Source: Escherichia coli (GTDB lineage: Bacteria; Pseudomonadota; Gammaproteobacteria; Enterobacterales; Enterobacteriaceae). From it: a stretch of 64,000 nucleotides of DNA. The DNA is taken from NCBI RefSeq assembly GCF_050920415.1, contig NZ_CP169309.1, one strand, 5' to 3'. The position numbers and the translations under genes were made by a program. The notes beneath the pieces were generated by a model, which had not been told where the DNA came from, did no database searches, and worked only from the letters and a program-made list of their open reading frames with translations. How positions within the stretch are numbered: the stretch's first letter is position 1; each line of letters begins with the position of its first letter. Of the stretch, positions 35,773-46,665 are shown in pieces.

Positions 35773-37059
35773 TTGATGCAACTTACCAACGAAGAACAAG
35801 CACAGATTGCTCGTATAAAAGAAAAAATCCCACGCATTGCCGCACTGGATCCTGAATGTAAGTTATTCGGTTCTGAAGGTTGGAAATATCAATGGCCGAA
35901 GCCTGCCAGCGAGGCGGAAATAGCTTCCTGGGAGAAAAAACATAGCGTCACTTTGCCACGGGAATATCGAATTTTTCTTCGCTATATCGCTAATGGCGGT
36001 CCGGCACATGCCTACGGTCTTGAATCTTTAGGCGGTACAGATATTTATGGCGATATAACAAAAGAAAGCCCTGTACCGCTTTATATGACGCAGCAGGATG
36101 TTGATGTGTTGAATGCTGGCCGTACAGAAGATGATGAAGAATATAGTTTTTTTGACGGCGCATTGACCATTCTCACCCTGGGATGTACTTATGATATTTG
36201 CCTGGTGGTGACGGGGCAGTATCGCGGAAGGTTAATGCTGACTGATGGTGATGAAGATTATCCGTTTGATTTTATATATGATAAAAATTTCCTCAACTGG
36301 TATGAACGCTGGCTGGACGATTTTATTGCTGGCATGAGTATGAAGGGTTTCGATAGAAGTTTGCCAGGAACGCAAATTCAACTGCGTGAGTGGTTTTTAA
36401 CTGAGAAAATCCCGGATTTACGTAGATCCATTTTATTCTCGCTATGCCGTTTTCCACAGATAGAACCCGAAACTTTTGCCCTTTGGGAACATGTTTGCCG
36501 CACAGAGAATGATAAAGAATTGTGTGAAGAGGCATTCACAAGATTACGCCAAAAAAAAGGTTCTTGTGCTGCAGATATTTTTCGACTCTATTTTACAATG
36601 CCAGGTGAATTACGTGATATTGCTATTAAAGATCTCCGTTTTGCCTGTAGAGATAGTGTGGTGAATATTGAGGATTATATTCATTCACTGTTAATAATAA
36701 TGCCTGAACTTGACGATGACACTCTATCCTCAGCTGTCTTTGCTATACGAGAAACAGAGTATAATAAATATGATACTTTTCTGCCGCTTCTCGAACGTAT
36801 CACTGATGACCGTCAGCAAACATTATTGTGGGCGATGAGTAAGGCGCCTGATTTCAATGAAAGCCGAGGATTCGTTGAGTTGGTATTACCGCTTTTTGCA
36901 TCATCAAAGATGGAGAATGTAAGGAAGGCTATTTTGTTGCTCATTGAAGTTAAAGATAATCGTATTCCACCATTGGTTGATGAAGCTGCAACTCGTTTCC
37001 CTGAACTGACCATTTTACGAGAAAACTACTATCTCAGGACGTGGGGACATAAGCCATAA
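35773..37059 (+). CDS. SMI1/KNR4 (SUKH-1)-like domain protein with C-terminal alpha-helical repeat region; immunity-protein-like; function unknown
   Basis: 428-aa ORF in a low-GC insert. N-terminal region has SUKH hallmarks: W..E.K....LP.EY..FL....NGG (ASEAEIASWEKKHSVTLPREYRIFLRYIANGG) and the distal FL.WYERWLDDFI motif. Domain call from motif memory, not HMM search. Confidence 0.7.
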   Translation: MMQLTNEEQAQIARIKEKIPRIAALDPECKLFGSEGWKYQWPKPASEAEIASWEKKHSVTLPREYRIFLRYIANGGPAHAYGLESLGGTDIYGDITKESPVPLYMTQQDVDVLNAGRTEDDEEYSFFDGALTILTLGCTYDICLVVTGQYRGRLMLTDGDEDYPFDFIYDKNFLNWYERWLDDFIAGMSMKGFDRSLPGTQIQLREWFLTEKIPDLRRSILFSLCRFPQIEPETFALWEHVCRTENDKELCEEAFTRLRQKKGSCAADIFRLYFTMPGELRDIAIKDLRFACRDSVVNIEDYIHSLLIIMPELDDDTLSSAVFAIRETEYNKYDTFLPLLERITDDRQQTLLWAMSKAPDFNESRGFVELVLPLFASSKMENVRKAILLLIEVKDNRIPPLVDEAATRFPELTILRENYYLRTWGHKP

Positions 37060-37096
37060 ATTAATGGTTCAGAAATGATCTAACGCGGAGAAAAAT

Positions 37097-37627
37097 ATGA
37101 TCAGGGAACATATTCAGCAAGCGATAAATAATAGGTTAGCATTTGATGGCCCATTCAATGTTGTTCCTGAACCTGCAAGCACTGCGTTTGATGGCCGGAT
37201 CCCGACATTGAAAAACGGTGTCTGGCAGAAGGCCAGCCCTATGTTGCAGGCGCGTTTTGCACATTGTGGACGTTGGTTAAGCGCTACACATGGAAGCTGG
37301 CTAAGTATAAGTGACATGGAAACGCTTTGGCAGGAACACATAGAAGATACGTTTCTTGATGAAATCAAAATGAATGCTGTAGCTTCAAGTGATAATTGGG
37401 ATAACCATGCCTTGGGACTATTTCGTTCTCATCGCCTGTCACTTTTTGCCGGTAGTGATTACAGTTATGAAATGGTTTTTCTCCTTTGGCTAGATAGTAC
37501 CGTTGAGCCAGAGGTCTGGGTTTATGACTGCAATGGGGAATCACGTTATAAAGATCTTAATGATTACCTGAATGCATATATTAATGATGACGTAAGCGCC
37601 TGTGAGCGCTCCTGGCGAGTAGAATGA
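37097..37627 (+). CDS. Hypothetical protein, possibly a second SUKH-like immunity-type protein
   Basis: 176-aa ORF 37 bp after the previous gene; C-terminus (EVWVYDCNGESRYKDLNDYLNAYIND) resembles SUKH C-terminal motifs; weak assignment. Confidence 0.6.
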   Translation: MIREHIQQAINNRLAFDGPFNVVPEPASTAFDGRIPTLKNGVWQKASPMLQARFAHCGRWLSATHGSWLSISDMETLWQEHIEDTFLDEIKMNAVASSDNWDNHALGLFRSHRLSLFAGSDYSYEMVFLLWLDSTVEPEVWVYDCNGESRYKDLNDYLNAYINDDVSACERSWRVE

Positions 37628-38250
37628 ATAGCCCCCCTTGCCCCTTTGATCCACAAACCGCACATTACCTCGGTACAGTGCAAATCCACTACAGCCCAAC
37701 CACCTTCAACGCTGCCGTTAAGCATTATACCTGTTACATTAAAAAGCGTTTTAAAGGGTTTAAATGGGGAATTGGAACCGCTGGCTTATTGGCTATATTG
37801 CCCATGATCCCACAATGGTTGAAACCTTCTCATGACTTTAAACTCAACGCAATCAGTACGTTAATTCTTCTATTAATGTTGCCACTCCTCTTATCAATGT
37901 TCCTGTTAATCAGCAGAAGAATTAACGATTTTAAGTCAAAAACAAAGCAAGTTACTTTTACGAAACCCGTGCGTTATGCGTTTTATTTCGAGGGGATTGT
38001 TTTTTATGAATCTCATCAGCAGGGCATACTTCGCTGGGAAGATTTGTATAGCATTGACTATGAAGAAGATTATTTGTGGCTTTTTCTGCATTTACCGAAG
38101 AGTTTTCCCAGAGAAGCGACGAAAGCGTTTTGCGATATTTTCATTCCCGCCAGCGCGATAAAAGCGCAGCCTGAACTGGATACGTTTTTTCGTGAAACAC
38201 GCCACTCGCTGGATTATCTGTTTGTCCCGTTTAATTCTGACAGAAAATAA
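37624..38250 (+). CDS. Hypothetical two-TM membrane protein (YcxB-like architecture?)
   Basis: 208-aa ORF; start overlaps the upstream stop (ATGA); two adjacent hydrophobic helices (WGIGTAGLLAILPMIPQWL, ISTLILLLMLPLLLSMFLLI) followed by a ~100-aa soluble domain. Confidence 0.6.
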   Translation: MNSPPCPFDPQTAHYLGTVQIHYSPTTFNAAVKHYTCYIKKRFKGFKWGIGTAGLLAILPMIPQWLKPSHDFKLNAISTLILLLMLPLLLSMFLLISRRINDFKSKTKQVTFTKPVRYAFYFEGIVFYESHQQGILRWEDLYSIDYEEDYLWLFLHLPKSFPREATKAFCDIFIPASAIKAQPELDTFFRETRHSLDYLFVPFNSDRK

Positions 38251-38285
38251 AAAATCCCCCGTATCTGGTGAAACGGGGGATTTCG
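38251..38285. terminator. Bidirectional rho-independent terminator (end of accessory cassette and of pck)
   Basis: aaatcccccgt-atctggtga-aacgggggattt: perfect 11-bp stem flanked by A-run and T-run. Confidence 0.7.
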
Positions 38286-38302
38286 TCGCTTAACTTATCG
38301 GA

Positions 38303-39925
38303 TTACAGTTTTGGACCAGCCGCTACCAGCGCGGCACCCGCAGGGGTGTCGGTGTATTTATCGAAGTTGTCGATAAACAGTTTCGCCAGCGTTTCAGCTT
38401 TTTCCTGCCACTGTTCCGGAGAAGCGTAGGTGTTACGCGGATCGAGGATTTTAGTGTCTACGCCCGGCAGTTCAGTCGGGATCGCCAGGTTAAACATCGG
38501 CAGAGTGAAGGTTTCTGCGTTATCCAGCGAACCGTTGAGGATAGCGTCGATAATGGCGCGGGTATCTTTAATGGAGATACGTTTGCCAGTACCGTTCCAG
38601 CCAGTGTTAACCAGATATGCCTGCGCACCCGCCGCTTGCATACGTTTCACCAGCACTTCTGCGTACTGAGTTGGGTGCAGCGACAGGAACGCCGCGCCGA
38701 AGCAAGCGGAGAAGGTTGGCGTCGGTTCGGTGATGCCACGTTCAGTACCGGCCAGTTTGGCGGTGAAGCCAGAGAGGAAGTGGTACTGAGTTTGATCGGC
38801 AGTCAGGCGAGAAACCGGCGGCAGCACACCAAAGGCGTCTGCGGTCAGGAAGATAACTTTAGTTGCGTGGCCCGCTTTGGAAACCGGTTTAACGATGTTA
38901 TCGATGTGATAGATCGGATAAGAAACGCGGGTGTTCTCGGTTTTTGAACCATCGTCAAAATCGATAGTGCCATCTTCACGTACGGTGACGTTTTCCAGCA
39001 GCGCATCGCGACGGATAGCGTTGTAGATTTCAGGTTCCGCTTCTTTCGACAGCTTGATGGTTTTCGCGTAGCAGCCGCCTTCGAAGTTAAACACGCCGTC
39101 GTCATCCCAGCCATGCTCGTCATCGCCAATCAGGCGACGTTTCGGGTCGGTGGAAAGGGTGGTTTTACCGGTGCCGGAAAGACCAAAGAACACCGCAACA
39201 TCGCCTTTCTCGCCAACGTTGGCGGAGCAGTGCATAGAAGCGATACCTTTCAGCGGCAGCAGGTAGTTCATCATTGAGAACATCCCTTTCTTCATTTCGC
39301 CGCCGTACCAGGTGCCACCAATCAGCTGCATGCGCTCGGTCAGGTTAAACGCCACGAAGTTTTCGGAGTTCAGACCCTGTTCTTTCCACTGCGGGTTAGT
39401 GCACTTCGCACCGTTCATAACGATAAAGTCTGGTTTGAAACCTGCCAGCTCTTCATCGCTCGGGCGAATAAACATGTTTTTGACAAAATGCGCCTGCCAG
39501 GCCACTTCGGTGATGAAACGGACGGAAAGACGAGTATCCGGGTTCGCACCACAGAAAGCGTCGACAACGAACAGACGTTTGCCGGAAAGCTGTTTGGTCA
39601 CCAGGCCTTTAAGATGCTGCCAGGTTTCCGGAGAGAGAGGTTTGTTGTCGTTCTTACCTTTGCCTTTATCAGCCCACCAGAAGGTATCGCGAGTGGTATC
39701 GTCACGGACGATATACTTATCTTTTGGTGAACGACCGGTGAAGATCCCGGTATCGACGGCAACGGCACCCAGATTAGTTAACACCCCGCGCTCATAACCT
39801 GTCAGGCTCGGATCGAGCTCTTCCTGATACAGCAGGTCGTAGCTTGGGTTGTAAACGATATCATGTACGTCACTGATACCATAAGCCTCGAGTTCTTGCG
39901 GGGTCAAACCATTGTTAACGCGCAT
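38303..39925 (-). CDS. pck: Phosphoenolpyruvate carboxykinase (ATP)
   Basis: ORF 38303..39994; ATG at 39925 ([17 protein letters not shown]...) gives 540 aa; kinase P-loop GLSGTGKTT. Confidence 0.95.
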
Positions 39926-40303
39926 TTCACTGCTCCTTAGCCAATATGTATTGCCTGAATAGTAAAGTCTTTTTGGGGGTGTTAACCGCGACAAGGCTCA
40001 TAGATTTACGTATCTGGAGAAATTCATATTTGACAAAAAACTCCGTGATTCCTGTCACGAAACGGTTGCTATTATCGCAGAAATAGCATTTTAGGTGTGG
40101 AAAATGTTCTTAAAAGGTTAAATCTTGGTTTATATGGCGGGAATATTGTGAGTGGAATCGCATTCCTGAATGAAATTGATGCAAATTCAATCAGTAAAGT
40201 ATCGATTCACCACGCTAACTTTTTTTGATTATTTTCTGAAAAAAGCAAAATAGTACTGCCCGGATGCGATAATTAATCCACCTTTTGATTCTGGATAACT
40301 AAC

Positions 40304-42028
40304 ATGGATAACGTTGAACTTTCACCCGCAACACGCTGGGGGATGATTGCTACCGGATTACTTCAGGGTCTAGTTTGCTACCTACTGATCGCCTGGCTTT
40401 CCGGAAAAAATCACAGTTGGATTGTTTATGGCGTGCCTGCGACCGTCGCGTTTTCATCCGTTTTACTCTTCTCCGTGATCTCCTTTAAACAGAAGCGCCT
40501 TTGGGGATGGCTGGCGCTGGTGTTTATTGCCACGCTGGGAATGAGCGGCTGGCTGAAGTGGCAAACTGATGGCATGAACCCCTGGATAGCTGAAAAGGCG
40601 CTTTGGGATTTTGGTTGCTATCTGCTGCTGATGGCAATGTTGTTGCTACCGTGGATACAACAAAGCCTTCGCATCCGCAATGACAGTAGCCGCTATCGCT
40701 ATTTTTACCAGTCAGTATGGCATAACGTACTTATATTACTGGTGATTTTTCTCGCCAATGGCCTGACGTGGCTGGTACTTTTACTGTGGGGCGAGTTGTT
40801 TAAACTTGTTGGCATCACGTTTTTCAAAACGCTCTTTTTTGCAACCGACTGGTTTATTTATCTCACGTTAGGTCTGGTTACCGCACTGGCGGTGATCCTC
40901 GCGCGTACACAGTCACGTTTAATCGACTCTATTCAAAAGTTGTTCACGTTAATCGCCACGGGGTTGCTGCCGTTAGTATCATTGCTAACCCTGATGTTTA
41001 TCATCACCCTGCCGTTTACGGGCCTGAGCGCGATTTCTCGCCACATCTCCGCCGCCGGGTTGCTGTTGACGCTGGCCTTTTTGCAATTGATTTTAATGGC
41101 TATTGTCCGCGATCCGCAAAAAGCGTCACTTCCCTGGACGGGGCCGTTGCGTTGCCTGATTAAAACCGCTCTGCTGGCTGCTCCGCTGTATGTGTTCGTC
41201 GCCGCCTGGGCGTTATGGCTGCGGGTCGCTCAGTACGGCTGGACTGTCGACCGCTTGCAGGGCACGCTGGCGGTGCTGGTGTTACTGGTATGGTCGCTGG
41301 GGTATTTTGTCAGTATCGTCTGGCGTAAAGGGCAAACCCCTCTTGTTCTTCAGGGCAAAGTGAACCTTGCGGTTTCGTTATTGGTGTTGGTAATACTGGT
41401 GCTTCTTAATTCGCCGGTGCTGGATAGTATGCGCATTAGTGTGAACAGTCATATGGCACGTTATCAGAGCGGCAAGAACACGCCAGATCAGGTAAGTCTC
41501 TACATGCTCGAACAGAACGGTCGCTATGGACGTGCGGCGCTTGAGTCGCTGAAAAGCGATGCCGAGTATATGAAAGACCCGAAACGCGCACGGGATCTGC
41601 TGATGACGTTAGATGGAGAGCAACATCTTCAGGAACAGGTATCGGAAAAAGTATTAGCCGAAAATGTGTTAATTGCCCCAGGCTCTGGCAAACCGGATAC
41701 GGCATTCTGGTCGGCCTTAATCCAGGATCGCTATAACGTGATGACCTGTATTGAAAAAGACGCCTGCGTACTGGTCGAGCAAGATCTGAATAGTGATGGT
41801 CAGGCGGAGCGGATCCTGTTTGCTTTTAATGATGACAGAGTCATTGTCTATGGCTTTGACTCAGATAGAAAAGAATGGGACGCGCTTGATATGAGTTTAC
41901 TTCCGAACGAAATAACGAAAGAAAAATTACTCACAGCTGCGAAGGATGGAAAGCTGGGGACGAGGCCGAAAGCGTGGCGCGATCTGACGGTAGATGGTGA
42001 AACGCTAGAAATAAACTTAAGCAAATGA
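40304..42028 (+). CDS. yhgE: Inner membrane protein YhgE (DUF4153-like)
   Basis: 574-aa polytopic membrane ORF at the expected synteny position between pck and hslO. Confidence 0.85.
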   Translation: MDNVELSPATRWGMIATGLLQGLVCYLLIAWLSGKNHSWIVYGVPATVAFSSVLLFSVISFKQKRLWGWLALVFIATLGMSGWLKWQTDGMNPWIAEKALWDFGCYLLLMAMLLLPWIQQSLRIRNDSSRYRYFYQSVWHNVLILLVIFLANGLTWLVLLLWGELFKLVGITFFKTLFFATDWFIYLTLGLVTALAVILARTQSRLIDSIQKLFTLIATGLLPLVSLLTLMFIITLPFTGLSAISRHISAAGLLLTLAFLQLILMAIVRDPQKASLPWTGPLRCLIKTALLAAPLYVFVAAWALWLRVAQYGWTVDRLQGTLAVLVLLVWSLGYFVSIVWRKGQTPLVLQGKVNLAVSLLVLVILVLLNSPVLDSMRISVNSHMARYQSGKNTPDQVSLYMLEQNGRYGRAALESLKSDAEYMKDPKRARDLLMTLDGEQHLQEQVSEKVLAENVLIAPGSGKPDTAFWSALIQDRYNVMTCIEKDACVLVEQDLNSDGQAERILFAFNDDRVIVYGFDSDRKEWDALDMSLLPNEITKEKLLTAAKDGKLGTRPKAWRDLTVDGETLEINLSK

Positions 42029-42086
42029 CAATGCTTTTATCGGATACGACGCTTTATCTTACCAACAATAACTTGCGAATTATTGC

Positions 42087-42116
42087 GTAGGCCTGGTAAG
42101 CGCAGCGCATCAGGCC
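42087..42116. repeat. REP unit
   Basis: gtaggcctggtaagcgcagcgcatcaggcc (reverse complement ggcctgatgcgctgcgcttaccaggcctac). Confidence 0.55.
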
Positions 42117-42162
42117 ATTACGTCGTAAAATCCGGCAGAGCACTCTCTGCCGGACATACTCA

Positions 42163-43047
42163 TTAATGAACTTGCGGATCTGCCGGAGACGCGTTGTTGC
42201 GGATTTCAGCAATATCCATCGCATTGAACAGATAGTGGTTACCGCAGTAATCACAATGCATGTCAATTTCGCCATCTTCCGCCAGGATACTATCGACTTC
42301 TTCATCCGGCAGCGTTTTTAGCGCGTCGGCGCAACGTTCACGCGAACAGGTGCATTTGAACTCCACATCCTGCGGATCGTAAACCGTCACCTCTTCTTCG
42401 TGATACAAACGCCACAACACTTCGTTTGCCGGTAAGGTCAGCAGTTCTTCGGTTTTGATGGTTTCGGTTAGCGTTGCCAGGTGGTCAAAGTCGTCCTGCT
42501 GGGCATTTTGCGCAGGCATTACCTGCAACAACATACCGCCTGCAGCCGGTTTGCCGTCTACGTCGCCGGTGCGAATAAACAGGCGCGTCGGCAGCTGTTC
42601 AGAACGCATAAAGTAATCTTCCAGGCAGGCCGCCAGGGTATCACCTTCCAGACCCACCACGCCCTGATAGCGTTCGCCTTTGCTCGGAGTAATGGTGATC
42701 ACTACGTAACCATTGCCCACTAGCGTTTTCAGGTCGGCATTTTCTGGAATTTCGCCCTGCACGCGCGCCACACCGCGCATCTGCTGGTTGTTGTTACCAT
42801 TAATAACCGCCAGATTCATCGGTCCGTCGCCTTGCAGTTGTACGGTGATATCACCATCAAACTTCAGCGTAGCGGTTAACAGGCTGGTCGCAACCAGCAG
42901 TTCTGCCAGCACGTTTTTAACGGGCTGCGGATAATCGTGATTCTCAAGGATCTGTTGCAGGGTTTCCGAAACGGTTACCAGTTCGCCGCGTACGGCAAAG
43001 TTTTCAAACAGATAGCGATGTAATTGGTCATGTTGCGGCATAATCAT
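42163..43047 (-). CDS. hslO: Redox-regulated chaperone Hsp33
   Basis: [27 protein letters not shown]...; C-terminal zinc-binding CxC...CxxC (KCTCSRERC...CDYCGNHY). Start may be 43041 (MPQHD). Confidence 0.93.
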   Translation of the reverse strand: MIMPQHDQLHRYLFENFAVRGELVTVSETLQQILENHDYPQPVKNVLAELLVATSLLTATLKFDGDITVQLQGDGPMNLAVINGNNNQQMRGVARVQGEIPENADLKTLVGNGYVVITITPSKGERYQGVVGLEGDTLAACLEDYFMRSEQLPTRLFIRTGDVDGKPAAGGMLLQVMPAQNAQQDDFDHLATLTETIKTEELLTLPANEVLWRLYHEEEVTVYDPQDVEFKCTCSRERCADALKTLPDEEVDSILAEDGEIDMHCDYCGNHYLFNAMDIAEIRNNASPADPQVH

Positions 43048-43065
43048 CTCTCTTGCAGGTGACAG

Positions 43066-43467
43066 TTATTCACTGTCGCCGTGTTTAAATCGTAACAGGT
43101 CGCGGCGCTCTTTTTTGTCCGGGCGTCGGTCCGGGTGCGGCATGGTTAAGGCATTAAGTTTACGTGCCAGCGCCATTTTTTCGCGTTTCTCTACACTTTC
43201 TGCAGTCTCTTCATACAGCAAGACTGCCTCGCTGGCGGGGCGACGCTGTTCAGTAATCGCCTTTACAATCACCGTTCGTTCGTCATTTCCCTGGCGCAGA
43301 GTGAGCGTGGCATTCAGCTCGACGATTTTGCTTGGCTTGCTGCGCTGCCCATTGTAGTGCACCTTACCGCCTTCGATCATTTCGCGGGCCAGCGCGCGGG
43401 TTTTATAAAAACGGGCGGCCCATAGCCATTTATCCAGTCGAACCTCAACAGCAGGTTTTTCTTTCAT
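43066..43467 (-). CDS. hslR: Heat shock protein Hsp15 (ribosome-associated, S4-like RNA binding)
   Basis: 133-aa ORF MKEKPAVEVRLDKWLWAARFYKTRALAREMIEGGKV... (S4 domain). Confidence 0.93.
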   Translation of the reverse strand: MKEKPAVEVRLDKWLWAARFYKTRALAREMIEGGKVHYNGQRSKPSKIVELNATLTLRQGNDERTVIVKAITEQRRPASEAVLLYEETAESVEKREKMALARKLNALTMPHPDRRPDKKERRDLLRFKHGDSE

Positions 43468-43477
43468 GGCGTCTCCT

Positions 43478-44146
43478 TCACATTAGCGAGGGGATCAGGC
43501 GGCGGTAGTCATTCAGTGACGGATGGTGCTGATACTGTTTCTCGGCAATCCCGGAGTCAGGATTAGTCACGCCGAGGCAGTAACGAATACCAAATTGTGC
43601 GGCAGCATCGAGAATCGCTTCGCTGTCATCAATAAACAGCGTTCTTTCAGCTTTCAGACCCGTAGCTTCGGCCACCGCATGCCATAACCGCTGATCCTCT
43701 TTCGGATAACCAAATGTGTGGGTGGAAAGTAATAAATCAAGGTGTGCGTCCAGACCGGTATGCTCAAGTTTTACCGCCAGGTTATGCGGATGAGCATTGG
43801 TGAGCAAAATTCGTTGCTTACCACTGGCTTTCAGTGCCTCAAGAAACGGAATGGTATCTTCACGCAGCACGGCACGCGGTCCCATCTCAGTGGTCATCGC
43901 ACAGATATCCAGACCCAGTTGCTCACTCCAGTAATCAAGACAGTACCAGTTTAGCGTATGCTGCACGTCGTGATATTGCTGGCGCATATAGTCCATCGCT
44001 TCCTGTGGTGTGACCCCGTTTTTCGCCCCCCATGTTTCAGGCACCAGCTTTTGCCAGAAATAGTTATCGAAGGCGAGGTCGAGCAACGTACCGTCCATAT
44101 CCAGCAGAACGGTATCTACGTCCTGCCAGGCAATGTTGATATGCAT
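43478..44146 (-). CDS. yrfG: HAD-family GMP/IMP nucleotidase YrfG
   Basis: ORF 43478..44191; ATG at 44146 (MHINIAWQDVDTVLLDMDGTLLDL, HAD motif I DxDGT) gives 222 aa. Confidence 0.88.
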   Translation of the reverse strand: MHINIAWQDVDTVLLDMDGTLLDLAFDNYFWQKLVPETWGAKNGVTPQEAMDYMRQQYHDVQHTLNWYCLDYWSEQLGLDICAMTTEMGPRAVLREDTIPFLEALKASGKQRILLTNAHPHNLAVKLEHTGLDAHLDLLLSTHTFGYPKEDQRLWHAVAEATGLKAERTLFIDDSEAILDAAAQFGIRYCLGVTNPDSGIAEKQYQHHPSLNDYRRLIPSLM

Positions 44147-44210
44147 GAGGGAAATCTCCAGAGTGAAGCAATTTGCGCGACAGGGTAGCATAACCTGCCG
44201 CGCAAACGTG

Positions 44211-46346
44211 TTATTCGATAAGGCTTTCTGAAGGGGTGATCAGTTGCGGGTTCAGGCAGCTTTCATAATAGGCCTGAATCTCCATCATGCGAGTGCGATG
44301 ACGCTGGTAACGACGCCATGCCTGTACGCCATTATAGATGGTGCTGCCCAGCATCGTCAGTAGCAAAAGTGTGGTGCTGAGATAGCGCCACAGGCCGGAA
44401 CGATCCGGGATCGGATGAAGGCCTATATGCTGCGTACCATTGGCGTCGGTGAAGATTTTTGTGACGATGCCTTCGGCGTTAAACGGTGTATGCATCAGCA
44501 TTTGCGCCAGTTTCTGGAAAGCGTTCCACTGTTCTTGCGGCGGGTAGTCGTAAAGTGATGTTGAAGGCCAGGGTTGATCAACAAAATCGCTGCCTTCGTC
44601 GCTGACAATCAGGAATCCGCCGGGGGCCGGACTGTTTAGTGATTGTGCCGCTCGCGCCGTTTCATGCGTGATAAACGGCGCGGTGGAGGTCGCCACCAGG
44701 TTATCCAGCGATTCCGCACTCACTGGGCGTAATAACACATTCACGCCATCGAGTTTCCCGGCGTTAGCGCGTTTAACCAGCGCGTCCCAGTCTTTACTGT
44801 TGCCGAGATTGACCAGCGCATTTTTCAGTCGCACACAATCATCTTTGGCAGAACAAAGATCCGCTGTCTTCAGTACGATATCGCCAAAATCATCAAGCAA
44901 TACCATGCCGGATTTTTGAATTGCTGAACGTAATGAGGCGCTGACGCGAGATTCATCTTCCGGCTTTGGATGTAACTGGCGGTTAACTGCTTCGGTCAAT
45001 GCCGTCGCTTTGTTGACCAGTTCAGATTCCGGTAATGGTAATGAACGGGCGTCATTCCAGATGATCTGCGAGCAGTCAAACGGTAAAAAAGGTGAGTTGG
45101 TTTTCGCGCTCCAGGTACCGGAAGTGCGAATATTACACATTCCCGTACCGCTAATACGCAATGTATCGCCAACCCGCACGCCAGCGTCAGCCAGTTGTTT
45201 CACGCTGGTGGCTTCAATGGTCTGCGCGCCTTTCATCCACGAGAGGGTGAATTTCAGCGGCATATCCAGCGGGATCCAGAATAACAGCATAAACAGCACC
45301 AGTAGCGAGCCCGCAGCGATAATCGTACTGCGCAGCCAGTGCTGTAACGGAAAGTTTTTTACTTCATCATGCAGCGAAAGATATCGCCCCTGACGCACTA
45401 CGTGGCGGTCGAGATAGATATCGATATCGGTTTGTTGGCCGAGATCCTGAGCAATGTAGGGCTGCCAGTGTGCGGGATAGACCAGGTCGATAATACCGAG
45501 TGAAATATTGTTGATCTGTTCCTGATCGTTTTCGCCAAACAATCCCCAACGACGGGGTGTACCGCGCAGACAATGAATTTCCCGCAGGGAGGATTTTGCC
45601 GGGGGCGCGAATAGCCCCCACAGTCCTGCGCCCAGCAGCAGTAACGCGCCGCCTGCCAGCCACGGAACAAATACATCCGGGGTAATCAGGCAGAAAAAGA
45701 ACATCAGGAAGGAGGCGACAATCAGCAACGCTTCGCGCAGCCCGCGCGGACGACTTAGCGCATACTCTTCGTGCGTTTCTTTGCGAATATTGAGTAGCTC
45801 GATTTGCTCACTCTCTTCCCCGCGAATAGACGCCTGTGTTGACGGAACAGGTTGCAAGGCATAGCCGCGAGTTTCCTGCATGTACTCCTGCAGCGTATGA
45901 CCGTTTAGTGAAATAACCAGCGGCAGCGAATCGGTATGAATCAGTTCAACGCTATTCTCATCGTTGATGTACTGCTCCCAGAAAGGGGGCAGGTGGACTT
46001 CTACCGAATCGAGGTAGTAACGCCATTTATTCGGATCGTCGGTAGAGATGCCGTAACGCGTGATAGCGTGTGTCAGCATCATGACGTTGTTGCTTTCGGC
46101 ATTCAGCGCCAGAGAGACCGGTGCCGCGCTGGCTCCCGTTGGGCCAGGCACCTGTAATACCTGCGTCAGGCTCTCAAGATAATTTTCAACGGCGCTACGT
46201 TCTTCAGGTGTGAGTTTACGCGTTTGCGCATCCGCGAAGGCGTTGGTCCAAGGCAGCTGACGCCGTCTGGATCGCACTTTTATCAGCCATCCCGCAAGTA
46301 GTGAGCAGGCCAGCAAAGCAGCTAAAAAAATCACAATGGTGCTCAT
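44211..46346 (-). CDS. igaA: Inner membrane protein IgaA (YrfF), Rcs phosphorelay attenuator
   Basis: 711-aa ORF with N-terminal TM segments, at the syntenic position. Confidence 0.9.
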   Translation of the reverse strand: MSTIVIFLAALLACSLLAGWLIKVRSRRRQLPWTNAFADAQTRKLTPEERSAVENYLESLTQVLQVPGPTGASAAPVSLALNAESNNVMMLTHAITRYGISTDDPNKWRYYLDSVEVHLPPFWEQYINDENSVELIHTDSLPLVISLNGHTLQEYMQETRGYALQPVPSTQASIRGEESEQIELLNIRKETHEEYALSRPRGLREALLIVASFLMFFFCLITPDVFVPWLAGGALLLLGAGLWGLFAPPAKSSLREIHCLRGTPRRWGLFGENDQEQINNISLGIIDLVYPAHWQPYIAQDLGQQTDIDIYLDRHVVRQGRYLSLHDEVKNFPLQHWLRSTIIAAGSLLVLFMLLFWIPLDMPLKFTLSWMKGAQTIEATSVKQLADAGVRVGDTLRISGTGMCNIRTSGTWSAKTNSPFLPFDCSQIIWNDARSLPLPESELVNKATALTEAVNRQLHPKPEDESRVSASLRSAIQKSGMVLLDDFGDIVLKTADLCSAKDDCVRLKNALVNLGNSKDWDALVKRANAGKLDGVNVLLRPVSAESLDNLVATSTAPFITHETARAAQSLNSPAPGGFLIVSDEGSDFVDQPWPSTSLYDYPPQEQWNAFQKLAQMLMHTPFNAEGIVTKIFTDANGTQHIGLHPIPDRSGLWRYLSTTLLLLTMLGSTIYNGVQAWRRYQRHRTRMMEIQAYYESCLNPQLITPSESLIE

Positions 46347-46665
46347 GCTTTCCCCATCTTACTTAGTCTGTCAGGCGTGGTCAGTCGCACCGGACACAAT
46401 ACATGATTCTGCGGTTGGCTATCGGCAAGCGTGGAGTTTAACTTGAGCATCATTAAGCACATCACAGTAACCGCTGATCATAGCAAACCCTCTGAAGGCG
46501 GAATATCAGCAAATTCCTGGAGTTATTTCAACCTATTGACTTTTAATTTGATTTGAGGATGATTATTTAATAAGTTACATAAATGTAAATAACATGCAAT
46601 TCACATTGCCGAAAGCGTGTCCGATATCGCACAATAACCGCTGATTTCACAGCATAGATCCCACG

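Noticed and set aside
35650-38290. Possibility that the envZ-pck insert is a prophage or integrative-element remnant
   Set aside because: No integrase, recombinase, tRNA attachment site or flanking direct repeats; the insert sits precisely between two terminators, so a simple gene cassette is the better description.
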